From a virus: a DNA stretch of 64,000 bases. A program made the translations under genes and the position numbers. The DNA lies in IMG/VR virus record IMGVR_UViG_3300037294_000176, positions 7,399 to 71,398 of that record; one strand, given 5' to 3'. The stretch's first letter is position 1. Each line of letters opens with the position of its first letter. The notes under the pieces were generated by a model. It saw only the letters and a program-made list of their open reading frames with translations, did not search any database and was not told the origin of the DNA. Positions 54,987 to 63,759 of this stretch are shown piece by piece.

Positions 54987-56765
54987 ATGATCAACCGGAA
55001 ACACATCAAGGTCGATTATTCTCGTGATGCCTTGTTTGACGAAATGGGACTGCGTCGTCTCAAGGATTCTTACATGGCACCTAACGAGAAGTCGCCTCAA
55101 GATCGTTTCTCTTACGTTGCTAGAGCGTTGTCCACAGACGCTGCTATGGCACAACGTATCTACGACTATATTAGTCAACACTGGCTAAGCTTAGCCACAC
55201 CAATACTTTCATACGGAGCCTCCAAGAAAGGGCTTCCTATTTCATGCTACCTTGCTTTTGTTGATGACACGGCAGACGCTCTTGTCAACACGCAAGCCGA
55301 AGCCAACTGGTTGTCAATGCTTGGTGGTGGCGTTGGTCTGGGGATTGGTATTCGCTCTGAAGACCACAGGTCTGTAGGTGTGATGCCTCACCTGAAGACG
55401 TACGAGGCTAACTCACTGGCCTACCGTCAAGGAAAAACACGTAGAGGCTCGTTTGCGGCCTACCTAAGCATCAGTCACCCTAACGTCAAGCAGTTCATTG
55501 ATATGAGAAAGCCTACAGGTGATGCTAATATGCGTTGTCTGGAGCTCCATCATGGTGTCAATATCACAGACGATTTCATGCAACTAATTAAGCGTTGTAT
55601 GCAAGATACTAACGCTGACGACAGCTGGGACTTGATTGATCCTCACTCAGGGAAGGTCAAAGAAACAGTCTCCGCAAGAGAACTTTGGACTTCAATCCTC
55701 GAAACCCGCATGCGAACTGGTGAACCATACATTCATTACATTGATGCGAGCAACCGAGGTCTTCCTGACTTTCAAAAGAAGCTCGGTCTTAAAGTCCAAC
55801 AGTCAAACATTTGTACTGAAATTACTCTAGCAACTGATGCAGACCGTACTGCAGTATGCTGTCTCGCCTCAGGTAATCTTGAGTACTGGGATAAGTGGAA
55901 AGACAATTATCAGTTTCACAGAGACATTGCTGAGCTTCTTGATAATGTTCTCACCTTATTTATCAAGAAAGCACCTAAGGAAATTTCGAGAGCTGCTTTC
56001 TCAGCCACGCGTGAGAGAGCTATCGGTTTTGGTGCACTTGGTTGGCATGCCTTGCTACAGCAGAAATCTATCGCTTGGGAGTCAGCCACAGCTGTTTCCC
56101 TGAACAAGCGTATCTTCAAGCGTATCAGAGAGTTTTTTGATCGTGCCAGCTACGAACTTGCTATTGAGCGTGGTCCCTGTCCAGACGCAGCTGACAGTGG
56201 TGTTATGGAACGGTTTAGTCACAAGCTGGCGATTGCTCCAAACGCATCCACTTCAATCATCATGGGTAACACGTCAGCCTCCACTGAGGCCTTCCGTGCC
56301 AACGCGTATCGCCAAGACACTTTATCAGGCTTGTTCCTCAACAAGAATAAGTACCTTGATGCTATACTTAAGCTTCGTTGCAGTGATGCAGAGTACGTCA
56401 AGGCCTGGCAGGTCATTGTAACTTCTTCCGGCTCATGCCAGAGCCTAGACTGCCTGACCAATCATGAAAAAGAAGTGTTCAAAACCGCCTCTGAGATTGA
56501 TCAGCTATGGACAATCCAACACGCTGCAGATAGACAAGAGTTTATCGATCAATCCCAATCTGTTAACCTGTTCTTCAAAGCCGACGTCTCTGTTGGCTAC
56601 CTTCACCATGTGCACTATAAGGCATGGGAACAGAATCTCAAGACCCTATACTACTGCCGGTCTGACAAGCTATACTCTGGAGAGTCTGAGCATTCCGTCA
56701 AGACAGAAGTAAATCATACCTTTTCAGCGGTAGTCGGTGATTCCGATTGCCTAGCATGTGAGTAA
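54987..56765 (+). CDS. nrdA: ribonucleotide reductase class Ia alpha subunit (no ATP-cone)
   Basis: ATPIL, ISCY, SNICTEI, AIAPNASTS, IDQSQSVN, KTLYYCR, C-terminal CLACE. Confidence 0.95.
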   Translation: MINRKHIKVDYSRDALFDEMGLRRLKDSYMAPNEKSPQDRFSYVARALSTDAAMAQRIYDYISQHWLSLATPILSYGASKKGLPISCYLAFVDDTADALVNTQAEANWLSMLGGGVGLGIGIRSEDHRSVGVMPHLKTYEANSLAYRQGKTRRGSFAAYLSISHPNVKQFIDMRKPTGDANMRCLELHHGVNITDDFMQLIKRCMQDTNADDSWDLIDPHSGKVKETVSARELWTSILETRMRTGEPYIHYIDASNRGLPDFQKKLGLKVQQSNICTEITLATDADRTAVCCLASGNLEYWDKWKDNYQFHRDIAELLDNVLTLFIKKAPKEISRAAFSATRERAIGFGALGWHALLQQKSIAWESATAVSLNKRIFKRIREFFDRASYELAIERGPCPDAADSGVMERFSHKLAIAPNASTSIIMGNTSASTEAFRANAYRQDTLSGLFLNKNKYLDAILKLRCSDAEYVKAWQVIVTSSGSCQSLDCLTNHEKEVFKTASEIDQLWTIQHAADRQEFIDQSQSVNLFFKADVSVGYLHHVHYKAWEQNLKTLYYCRSDKLYSGESEHSVKTEVNHTFSAVVGDSDCLACE

Positions 56766-56768
56766 CAA

Positions 56769-57785
56769 ATGTCTGACATCTTTAAAGCACGTGATGTATA
56801 CAAGCCACTAGTCTACCCTTGGGCAGATGAACTGTGGCGCAAGCATGAGCAAATGCACTGGCTTGCTCGTGAAGTTCCTTTACATGAAGACGTCCGTGAT
56901 TGGAACAATAAGCTGACCCAAGAAGACCGTAACTTTTTAACTGACGTGTTCATTCTGTTTACGCAGAGTGATGTTGATGTAGCTGGTGGCTATATTGATG
57001 ACTACTTCCCTCACTTTAAGCAGCCTGAGCTTCGCATGATGCTTCTTGGTTTTGCTGCTCGTGAAGCAGTCCATATCGATGCTTATTCTTTCCTTGTCGA
57101 AACAGTGGGTATGGAAGACAGCTTCTACAAAAAGTTTCTCGACATCGGAGTCATGAAAGCTAAGCATGACTTCTTTAATACCTTTGTTTCTTCCAGTAAG
57201 TCTGGCAAGAAAAAGAAGAAAGAACAAGTACTGGCACAAATTGCTGGTATTAGCGCTTTTACCGAAGGTATGTTCCTGTTTTCCTCTTTCGTAATGTTGC
57301 TTGCTTACCCTCGTAAGAACATGATGAAAGGCATGGGTCAAATCGTCTCCTGGTCAGTTCTCGACGAGCAGATGCACGTGAAAGGCCTAACTAAAATTTT
57401 CAATACTATTGTTGAAGAAAATTCTAGCTTCCTTACTAGAGACGTCATTGACGACATCAGAGCAACTGGGGAGATGATGGCTGAGCTTGAGTTTGACTTT
57501 ATTGACTACGTGTATCGTAAGAAGCAAGACATGCATGGACTTGACAAAGATCAACTTAAAGAGTACATCAAGTACACTGTTGATCTCCGTCTCAAGGATC
57601 TCAATGTCCCTACTCTATTTGGTGTCAACCTCAACCCTCTGCCATGGGTGGATGAAATGATTTCCAGTCAGAACCACGAAAACTTCTTTGAGGCTCGTGC
57701 AACTAGCTACGCCAAGGGTGCTACAACAGGTTCTTGGGGTGACGTATGGGGCCACTATAAAGACCCAGGAAAAGAAGCAGCCTAA
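56769..57785 (+). CDS. nrdB: ribonucleotide reductase beta subunit
   Basis: FTQSD, REAVHIDAY, TEGMFLFSSF, DEQMH, NFFE. Confidence 0.95.
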   Translation: MSDIFKARDVYKPLVYPWADELWRKHEQMHWLAREVPLHEDVRDWNNKLTQEDRNFLTDVFILFTQSDVDVAGGYIDDYFPHFKQPELRMMLLGFAAREAVHIDAYSFLVETVGMEDSFYKKFLDIGVMKAKHDFFNTFVSSSKSGKKKKKEQVLAQIAGISAFTEGMFLFSSFVMLLAYPRKNMMKGMGQIVSWSVLDEQMHVKGLTKIFNTIVEENSSFLTRDVIDDIRATGEMMAELEFDFIDYVYRKKQDMHGLDKDQLKEYIKYTVDLRLKDLNVPTLFGVNLNPLPWVDEMISSQNHENFFEARATSYAKGATTGSWGDVWGHYKDPGKEAA

Positions 57786-58222
57786 TGGATTTACGTAGAC
57801 AGAACTACTTTATGAGAGTGGCTGTCGAAACCGCTGGCCTATCCTATGCTACCAAGCTTAGGGTAGGCGCAGTGGCGGTCATTGACAGACGAATTGTTTG
57901 TACAGGTTACAACGGAACACCAGCAGGGGAGTCTAATCAGTGCGAAGACTTCTTTGATGGCAAGCTCAATACACGAGAAAACGTAGAGCACGCTGAACGT
58001 AACCTCATCTACTACGCCACTAGAAAGGGTATTGCACTAGAGGGTGCTTCTTTATTTATAACACATTCGCCCTGTATTGAATGTGCAAGAGCAATAGCTA
58101 ACGTAGGCTTCATTGAAGTCTATTACCAGACCCTTTTCAATCATGAAGAGGGTCTTAAATTTTTAAATGACAGAGTCCGAGTCATTCAAGTACACCCTAC
58201 AAATTACAGGAACCACAAATGA
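57785..58222 (+). CDS. dCMP deaminase
   Basis: TGYNG, HAE, THSPCIEC. Confidence 0.92.
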   Translation: MDLRRQNYFMRVAVETAGLSYATKLRVGAVAVIDRRIVCTGYNGTPAGESNQCEDFFDGKLNTRENVEHAERNLIYYATRKGIALEGASLFITHSPCIECARAIANVGFIEVYYQTLFNHEEGLKFLNDRVRVIQVHPTNYRNHK

Positions 58223-58479
58223 CAATGATTGAAGTAACCTCAAAAGACCCCCATCACTTCTTTGCTACAAGCGTCGCTGGCTACAAAACTAGCGCAAGTC
58301 TCGATGAAGTGATCAGTACAATGAAGTACGACAACATTCCGTTCTCTGTTTGGCTTGTACCTCTTCCACTAGAGTCGTGCTACAGTATTGAAAATTTCGT
58401 ACCTCAAGTAGATGAGTCAATTAGTCTAACCACGTACGAGTATGATATGGTTGCCGACACGTGGTTTGATCATGTTTAA
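58219..58479 (+). CDS. hypothetical protein
   Basis: ATGA coupling; 86 aa. Confidence 0.55.
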   Translation: MTMIEVTSKDPHHFFATSVAGYKTSASLDEVISTMKYDNIPFSVWLVPLPLESCYSIENFVPQVDESISLTTYEYDMVADTWFDHV

Positions 58480-59371
58480 ACCGCAGCTAGCACCAAACGA
58501 AGACCCTCTTAAACGACCTACTTTCTTCGAAGAGCTGAAATTTCCTCTGCTATGCTCTCCAAAGTTGGATGGTATTCGCGGTTACACTACAGGCGCGGGT
58601 ATTTTCTCTAGAACAGGTAAGCTGTTACCTTCGCTCCAAGTGCAGGATGAATTTTCAGATCTTATGCATTTTGATGGAGAAGTGATCGTAGGTAGCGCTA
58701 CAGACCACGATGTGTACAACCGCACCCAAAGTCACGTTATGTCAATAGCAAAAGAAGGAGACATTTCTTACCACGTTTTTGACTACATTCACCCTGATTG
58801 GTTAAACCTTTCGTTCTACCGTAGGCTAGAGGAGGCAGAGAAGCGCGTAAAGCTGAGTCTTCAGTGCAACCTCAAGTACGTACCTCATACAGAGGTTAAC
58901 AACTTGCTCGAACTCTTGGTGTATGAAACTACGTGTCTAGAAGAGGGTTACGAGGGTATCATGATGCGTGACCCAGCAGGTCGTTATAAAAGAGGTCGAT
59001 GCACTTGGAACGAGGGTATTATTTACAAGCTCAAGCGGTTCACAGATGCAGAAGCATCTATTGTAGGGTTTCGTGAGGAGATGACCAACACTAACGAGAA
59101 ACTGCAGGATGAGTTTGGGTATGCTAAGCGTTCTTCAAGTAAAGCTGGACTGATTCCTGCTAATACGCTAGGTAAGTTTGTAGTAGACTTTAACGGTCAA
59201 GAGCTAGACGTTGGCTGTGGTAGTTTTACCCACGAACAAAGGAAACTCATCTGGGACTGTTCTGATGACTTTCTGGGCGACACTCTCAAGTTCCGGTTCT
59301 TTGGTCACGGTGTCAAAGACTTACCCAGGTTCTCACGAGCTCTAGGTTTTAGAACGGAAGATGACATATGA
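58472..59371 (+). CDS. ATP-dependent DNA ligase
   Basis: SPKLDGIR, FSRTGK, FDGE, VFD, EGYEGIMMR, YKLKRF; ATG at 58472. Confidence 0.93.
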   Translation: MFKPQLAPNEDPLKRPTFFEELKFPLLCSPKLDGIRGYTTGAGIFSRTGKLLPSLQVQDEFSDLMHFDGEVIVGSATDHDVYNRTQSHVMSIAKEGDISYHVFDYIHPDWLNLSFYRRLEEAEKRVKLSLQCNLKYVPHTEVNNLLELLVYETTCLEEGYEGIMMRDPAGRYKRGRCTWNEGIIYKLKRFTDAEASIVGFREEMTNTNEKLQDEFGYAKRSSSKAGLIPANTLGKFVVDFNGQELDVGCGSFTHEQRKLIWDCSDDFLGDTLKFRFFGHGVKDLPRFSRALGFRTEDDI

Positions 59372-59522
59372 CAACAATTCACGCTGCAAGTACTACAACC
59401 AACGTTAATTCAGCAGCTTGCCTCTTAGCGGCTCTCTTATGACGTGTTACGCAAATGTAAATTTCACACGCCTACATTGGTCGTGTTTTTAAGTACACTC
59501 AGAAGCATAGGAAAGAACTCAA

Positions 59523-60539
59523 ATGGGTATGAAACGAAGCACAATTAAGAAGCTTTTGACCAAAAAGCTTTTTTCTTGGCAAGAGTCGATTGAAGATCAA
59601 GCAGTAAAGACAGCTGTAAAAGACAATACAATAGTTAGTGGAGGTTGTATTGCCTCTATGTTGATGGGGGACCCCATTAATGACTATGATCTTTACTTTC
59701 GCACGAGAGAAACAGCCGAGCTCGTGGCAAACTACTATATTACGCAATTCAATAAAACTAAAGGACAACTCGAACACACTGCATCGAGGAGTATCAATCC
59801 AACAGTTGAGTCGTGTAACGTTGTTAATCTTCGGGGTGAAGAGGAGAACCGAATCGTCATCATGATGAAGTCCTCAGGTGTTGCTTCAGAAACACAAGAG
59901 GCTTACGCTTATTTCGAAAACCAGGAAAACCAAAAGCCGGAAGACACTTTTATGGCCAGTCTTAAGGCAGACTACGGGTATGAAAGTCTACAAAGCGACG
60001 CGATTGGTGTGGCTGCTGAGCTTGCCAAAGAGTTCAAGGGCCAACCGGGAGTCAAAACACCTCATAAAACACCTTACCGTCCAATCTTTTTGACAGATAA
60101 CGCAATTACCTTGTCAGATGGTGTTCAGTTGGTTATTCGCTTTTACGGAACCCCATCCGAGATTCACGATAACTATGATTTTGCCCATGCAATGTGCTAC
60201 TACGACTGGTCTACAGACACGCTTGTTACACCGGAAGAGTCGCTAATCTGCATGCTGTCAAAGGATCTCGTGTACAAGGGATCGCTATATCCTTTGTGTT
60301 CCTTGATGCGTACCCGTAAGTTTATTGCGCGTGGCTGGAGAATCTCAGCAGGTCAAATGCTGAAGATAGCGAGCCAAGTACAAAAAATCGACTTTAGCGA
60401 TCCAAGTGTCTTGAGAGAGCAGTTAATGGGCGTTGATGCAGCGTACATGTATGAGCTTATCAACGCAATCAAGAGTCACCAGGGTAAAATTGATGACACC
60501 TACTTAGCTAAGCTCATTGACGAGGTGTTTGATCAGTAA
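59523..60539 (+). CDS. Pol-beta-superfamily nucleotidyltransferase
   Basis: VSGGCIAS...INDYDLYF (GG-x-DxD); NYDF..AM; R.RKFI.RGW. Confidence 0.75.
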   Translation: MGMKRSTIKKLLTKKLFSWQESIEDQAVKTAVKDNTIVSGGCIASMLMGDPINDYDLYFRTRETAELVANYYITQFNKTKGQLEHTASRSINPTVESCNVVNLRGEEENRIVIMMKSSGVASETQEAYAYFENQENQKPEDTFMASLKADYGYESLQSDAIGVAAELAKEFKGQPGVKTPHKTPYRPIFLTDNAITLSDGVQLVIRFYGTPSEIHDNYDFAHAMCYYDWSTDTLVTPEESLICMLSKDLVYKGSLYPLCSLMRTRKFIARGWRISAGQMLKIASQVQKIDFSDPSVLREQLMGVDAAYMYELINAIKSHQGKIDDTYLAKLIDEVFDQ

Positions 60540-60793
60540 TGCCTAGTGGTCGCGTACCAATAAGACCTAAAGTTGGTTACAGCTATCAACTTGACTGCAG
60601 CAAGATTGTAACGGTAATCCGACAAACCGCCAATGAAGATTTCCCTATTCTGTCAAAAGATGAAGAAGGAAACTTTTACAAACACACGTTAAAGGGTCGA
60701 GCTACGTTAGAGTTTGGCAACCACCCGAATCACATGCGTAAAGAGCTGCGCAAAGAGTACAAGGAAGTATTTAATGGACTCAACGGAAGATAA
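60539..60793 (+). CDS. hypothetical protein
   Basis: TAATG coupling. Confidence 0.5.
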   Translation: MPSGRVPIRPKVGYSYQLDCSKIVTVIRQTANEDFPILSKDEEGNFYKHTLKGRATLEFGNHPNHMRKELRKEYKEVFNGLNGR

Positions 60794-61052
60794 GATGACG
60801 CTGCGAGAGGTAGAAATGCAGCGGTTGACAAATCTAGAATTTATCGAGAAGCTGATGAGCTTCTCACCCTACGGGGCTATGGTTCAAGTGTTTGTAATTG
60901 AAGCACTCAGATCCTACTCAGCAGAAGTAGTGGCAAAGCCACCTCCTAAAGATGACCCTGGAGCATTCTTCAGCATGGAGGCTTGGTATGGAATTGCAAA
61001 AGACGTAAAGCGCCAAATTGATGAAAAGTATGCGCCGGGCAACTCCGAGTGA
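60774..61052 (+). CDS. hypothetical protein
   Basis: ATG at 60774; TN.EFI..LM.FS..GA.VQ.FVIEAL pattern. Confidence 0.6.
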   Translation: MDSTEDKMTLREVEMQRLTNLEFIEKLMSFSPYGAMVQVFVIEALRSYSAEVVAKPPPKDDPGAFFSMEAWYGIAKDVKRQIDEKYAPGNSE

Positions 61053-61473
61053 CCTTTCTGCGTTGATAGAGCTCGGAGAAGAGTTTTACAACGCTTCAGG
61101 ATACGAGTCTTATCTTCCTTTAGACAAAGCACACACGGCGAAGTCTCTCAGGAAGATGATCCACTCACCTCAAGCAAGCGTTCTTGTGTATGAAACGTCT
61201 TTAGGCATTCTTGGTAGTGTTGGTCTTGCTACTATGCCTAGTTACTTCAGCAAAAACATAATCGCAATTGAGCAGTTTATTTGGGTCCAACCACAGGCTC
61301 GCGGTAAGATGTTAGAGTTACTTATCCCCGCTTTAGAAGACGAAGCTAGACGCCTCAACTGTACCGTACTCACGCTTATTGCTTTAGAAAACTTAAGACC
61401 CAAAGCCGTAGGTAGACTTTACGAGAACAAAGGCTACGTCCGAATGGAAAATGCGTACATAAAAAGGTTATAA
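61030..61473 (+). CDS. GNAT-family acetyltransferase
   Basis: MRRATPSDL, EQFIWVQPQARG, RLYENKGY. Confidence 0.8.
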   Translation: MRRATPSDLSALIELGEEFYNASGYESYLPLDKAHTAKSLRKMIHSPQASVLVYETSLGILGSVGLATMPSYFSKNIIAIEQFIWVQPQARGKMLELLIPALEDEARRLNCTVLTLIALENLRPKAVGRLYENKGYVRMENAYIKRL

Positions 61474-61632
61474 CTTTTGACGCAAAAGCGAAGAGGCCTT
61501 AAAAACGCGCGAGGGCCACCGTCTCGTTCAGCCATGATCCACCCCTCTGCCGCTCCGAGTTGCCTGTCAGGCGTCGAGTCTGCTGGGTAGCTTTGGGCAG
61601 TGGCTTGAGTCGGTCCTGGCTGGTGCAACCTG

Positions 61633-61650
61633 AACCCGTTAACTTAACCC
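61633..61650 (+). promoter_or_regulatory. motif A copy 4
   Basis: aacccgttaacttaaccc. Confidence 0.7.
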
Positions 61651-61668
61651 TTATCTTGATTCGATATC

Positions 61669-61694
61669 TGCGCAGATCAGGGTACCTTATATGA
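61669..61694 (+). promoter_or_regulatory. motif B copy 2
   Basis: tgcg-cagatcag-ggtaccttatatga. Confidence 0.6.
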
Positions 61695-61741
61695 TAAGAA
61701 ATATGTCTTGTCATTATCAAGCCAATCAAGGAATAAAGACT

Positions 61742-62317
61742 ATGACTGAATTTAAACAAATGTACGTCACAAGCGACGGCCAAATGTTCCCAACGATGGC
61801 TGAAGTGAACGATTACCTGCGTACTCCAAAGGTTCGTGAAGCGCTTCTGGCCATGACCGACAACAATGTCCAACTTTCTGAATGGCTGATTGAGCACCGT
61901 GAAGTTGTTGAGTCTGCCTTCGACGTAGGTACGATCACGCGTGTCACGAAGTCGGACAAAGCCAAGCTGGTAAAGGCTTTAGGCTTCCTCGTTGAAGTTG
62001 CTGCCTCTGATAAGCGCCTGGCGTTCCTCGCTGACAATCACGAGGCTATTGCAGAGTCGTTCCGCTGGCCCAAGGTTAGCCGTATGACGCCTGAAGAAAA
62101 GGCAACTGCTGCTTTCAACACGCTTCAAGGCGTTGACGGCAACGAAGAACTGGCTAACTGGGTGCTGTCGCAGAAGACCGCTATCCTGGAAGCCTACGAG
62201 GCTGGTAAAGTCAAGCAGACCCTCAACGTCAAAGCTGCTGAAGGTCTTGCCGCTTACCGTGCCAAGAAGGAAGCCGCAAAGGCTGCCGCCACAGCTGCTG
62301 AAGCTCCTGCAGAGTAA
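61742..62317 (+). CDS. highly expressed hypothetical protein
   Basis: ATG at 61742 after AAGGA; capsid-like codon bias; Ala/Lys-rich C-terminal tail. Confidence 0.75.
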   Translation: MTEFKQMYVTSDGQMFPTMAEVNDYLRTPKVREALLAMTDNNVQLSEWLIEHREVVESAFDVGTITRVTKSDKAKLVKALGFLVEVAASDKRLAFLADNHEAIAESFRWPKVSRMTPEEKATAAFNTLQGVDGNEELANWVLSQKTAILEAYEAGKVKQTLNVKAAEGLAAYRAKKEAAKAAATAAEAPAE

Positions 62318-62359
62318 ACAGCAGTTCGTCCAATACATGATGACATAAAAAGCAGTGTA

Positions 62360-62454
62360 GGTATCACTTGTGATGCCGCCTCGTAAGAGGTATGACCTAG
62401 GCAAGTCGTTAAAGGAGCCTGTTCGTCCGACCTGAGCATGTCACAAAACTGCTC
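62360..62454 (+). ncRNA. structured intergenic RNA: two hairpins plus pseudoknot copies 4 (62393-62420) and 5 (62429-62454)
   Basis: GGTATCAC/GTGATGCC; GCCTC-GTAA-GAGGT; GAC-CT-AGGC..GTC..GCCT; GAC-CT-GAGCA-T-GTC-ACAAAAC-TGCTC. Confidence 0.65.
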
Positions 62455-62460
62455 GTTTTA

Positions 62461-62487
62461 CCCATTGTCCTTGTGATAGTGGGTTTT
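62461..62487 (+). terminator. probable intrinsic terminator
   Basis: CCCATTGTC-loop-GATAGTGGG followed by TTTT. Confidence 0.55.
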
Positions 62488-62509
62488 AAATCCTCATAAA
62501 AAGAGTGAC

Positions 62510-62695
62510 ATGTCACACTTAGAGAAGTACAAAGTAGTAGTTGTAAAGAAGGATGGCAGTGTTTGTAACCGGATGGTTTCTCACAGCATGACTGCTTACG
62601 AAGTTTACCGTAAACACATGAGTCGCGCCAGCACAGACTACGCGGCAATTTACTATAAAAAGGAACCCCTTGAACGATACTATAAAGCCCAATAG
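62510..62695 (+). CDS. hypothetical protein
   Basis: 61-aa ATG ORF. Confidence 0.5.
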   Translation: MSHLEKYKVVVVKKDGSVCNRMVSHSMTAYEVYRKHMSRASTDYAAIYYKKEPLERYYKAQ

Positions 62696-62927
62696 GGGGC
62701 AATACCGAGCGCAGTTCACAACTGAATTCGATTGGGCAGACCCTCTTACAAATCGTGCAGCCCTTGATGAAGCGGTTGACAAGCTTCGTAAGATGGCCGA
62801 TGCTTTGGAGGAATTTCAGAGAGACGATATCTTGACCGTCTACGGTCCCGGCTGCTACGGCATTCAAGGCTGGTGGTCAGATAATGAGAAAAATGGCAAC
62901 GGCCTTCAAAACAGCAATGGAGACTGA
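62670..62927 (+). CDS. hypothetical protein
   Basis: TTG start after AAGGA. Confidence 0.5.
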   Translation: MNDTIKPNRGQYRAQFTTEFDWADPLTNRAALDEAVDKLRKMADALEEFQRDDILTVYGPGCYGIQGWWSDNEKNGNGLQNSNGD

Positions 62928-63213
62928 CATGAATGCTTGGTACAAACTTAAAGAAGCGGCTGAAGACTTTGTCAACAAGTGTGATAGAGGCGAAGCCCGG
63001 TCAGTAAGGTCGTACGCAAGATTCAGTAATGCGCTAACTGACATTAAAGCATTGTCCACGCCCGGTTGGCAGGATATGGACAGTGAACCTACTGGCACGT
63101 ATATTCTTTACCGTAGACGAAAAGCTAACAACCAATTCCGTGTTTGGGCTGCTTTTGGAAAAAGTGACCCTCTCGGCGGAGCAACTCAGTGGATGTATAT
63201 CCCAGATGAGTAA
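62884..63213 (+). CDS. hypothetical protein
   Basis: Start uncertain (possibly ATG ~62929); C-terminal T.WM.IP motif common in small phage proteins. Confidence 0.5.
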   Translation: MRKMATAFKTAMETDMNAWYKLKEAAEDFVNKCDRGEARSVRSYARFSNALTDIKALSTPGWQDMDSEPTGTYILYRRRKANNQFRVWAAFGKSDPLGGATQWMYIPDE

Positions 63214-63359
63214 GGGCAAGAATGCTGAACACAACCGTAATAAAGACTTGTGGGGTGCTAGACCGTTCGCAAGCTGGTCAAAGAACGCTTTACACAAGTT
63301 ACTAGCTAGACGCCAGGAACGGCGTGTCCTTAAGAAGCAAGCAATCCAAGAGGAATTAA

Positions 63360-63752
63360 ATGACCAAGTTTGAAGTACACAAAAATAGAGCCGTAATGGT
63401 TGTAACTCCTGCACCACACTTGATGCATAGTAGCTTGATCGCTGATGTTGTTAAACGCGGACGTAAGTTTGTTGTAGATCTTGAAACAGGTGTTTTGTCA
63501 ATTCAAGCGAAACACACCCATACGGAATATGTCACGACCATTCCTAAGATCAAGTATTTCACCGGCAAGACTGCGCGTGAAGTCGTTTTATCTAGAGACC
63601 TTGAGTGCGCACTTGATACTATCGTTGAAACCTCTTTACATGTTCCGAGCTTCAGTGTGTGTGTTGGGTACGAAGTGTTGTATTACAACCCTAGCACGCA
63701 GTATCGTTTCTTCAAACGTCTAGTAGAACAAGTCTATAAAAAGCACTTCTAA
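63360..63752 (+). CDS. hypothetical protein
   Basis: GAGGA RBS, 130 aa. Confidence 0.6.
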   Translation: MTKFEVHKNRAVMVVTPAPHLMHSSLIADVVKRGRKFVVDLETGVLSIQAKHTHTEYVTTIPKIKYFTGKTAREVVLSRDLECALDTIVETSLHVPSFSVCVGYEVLYYNPSTQYRFFKRLVEQVYKKHF

Positions 63753-63759
63753 CCTTACT

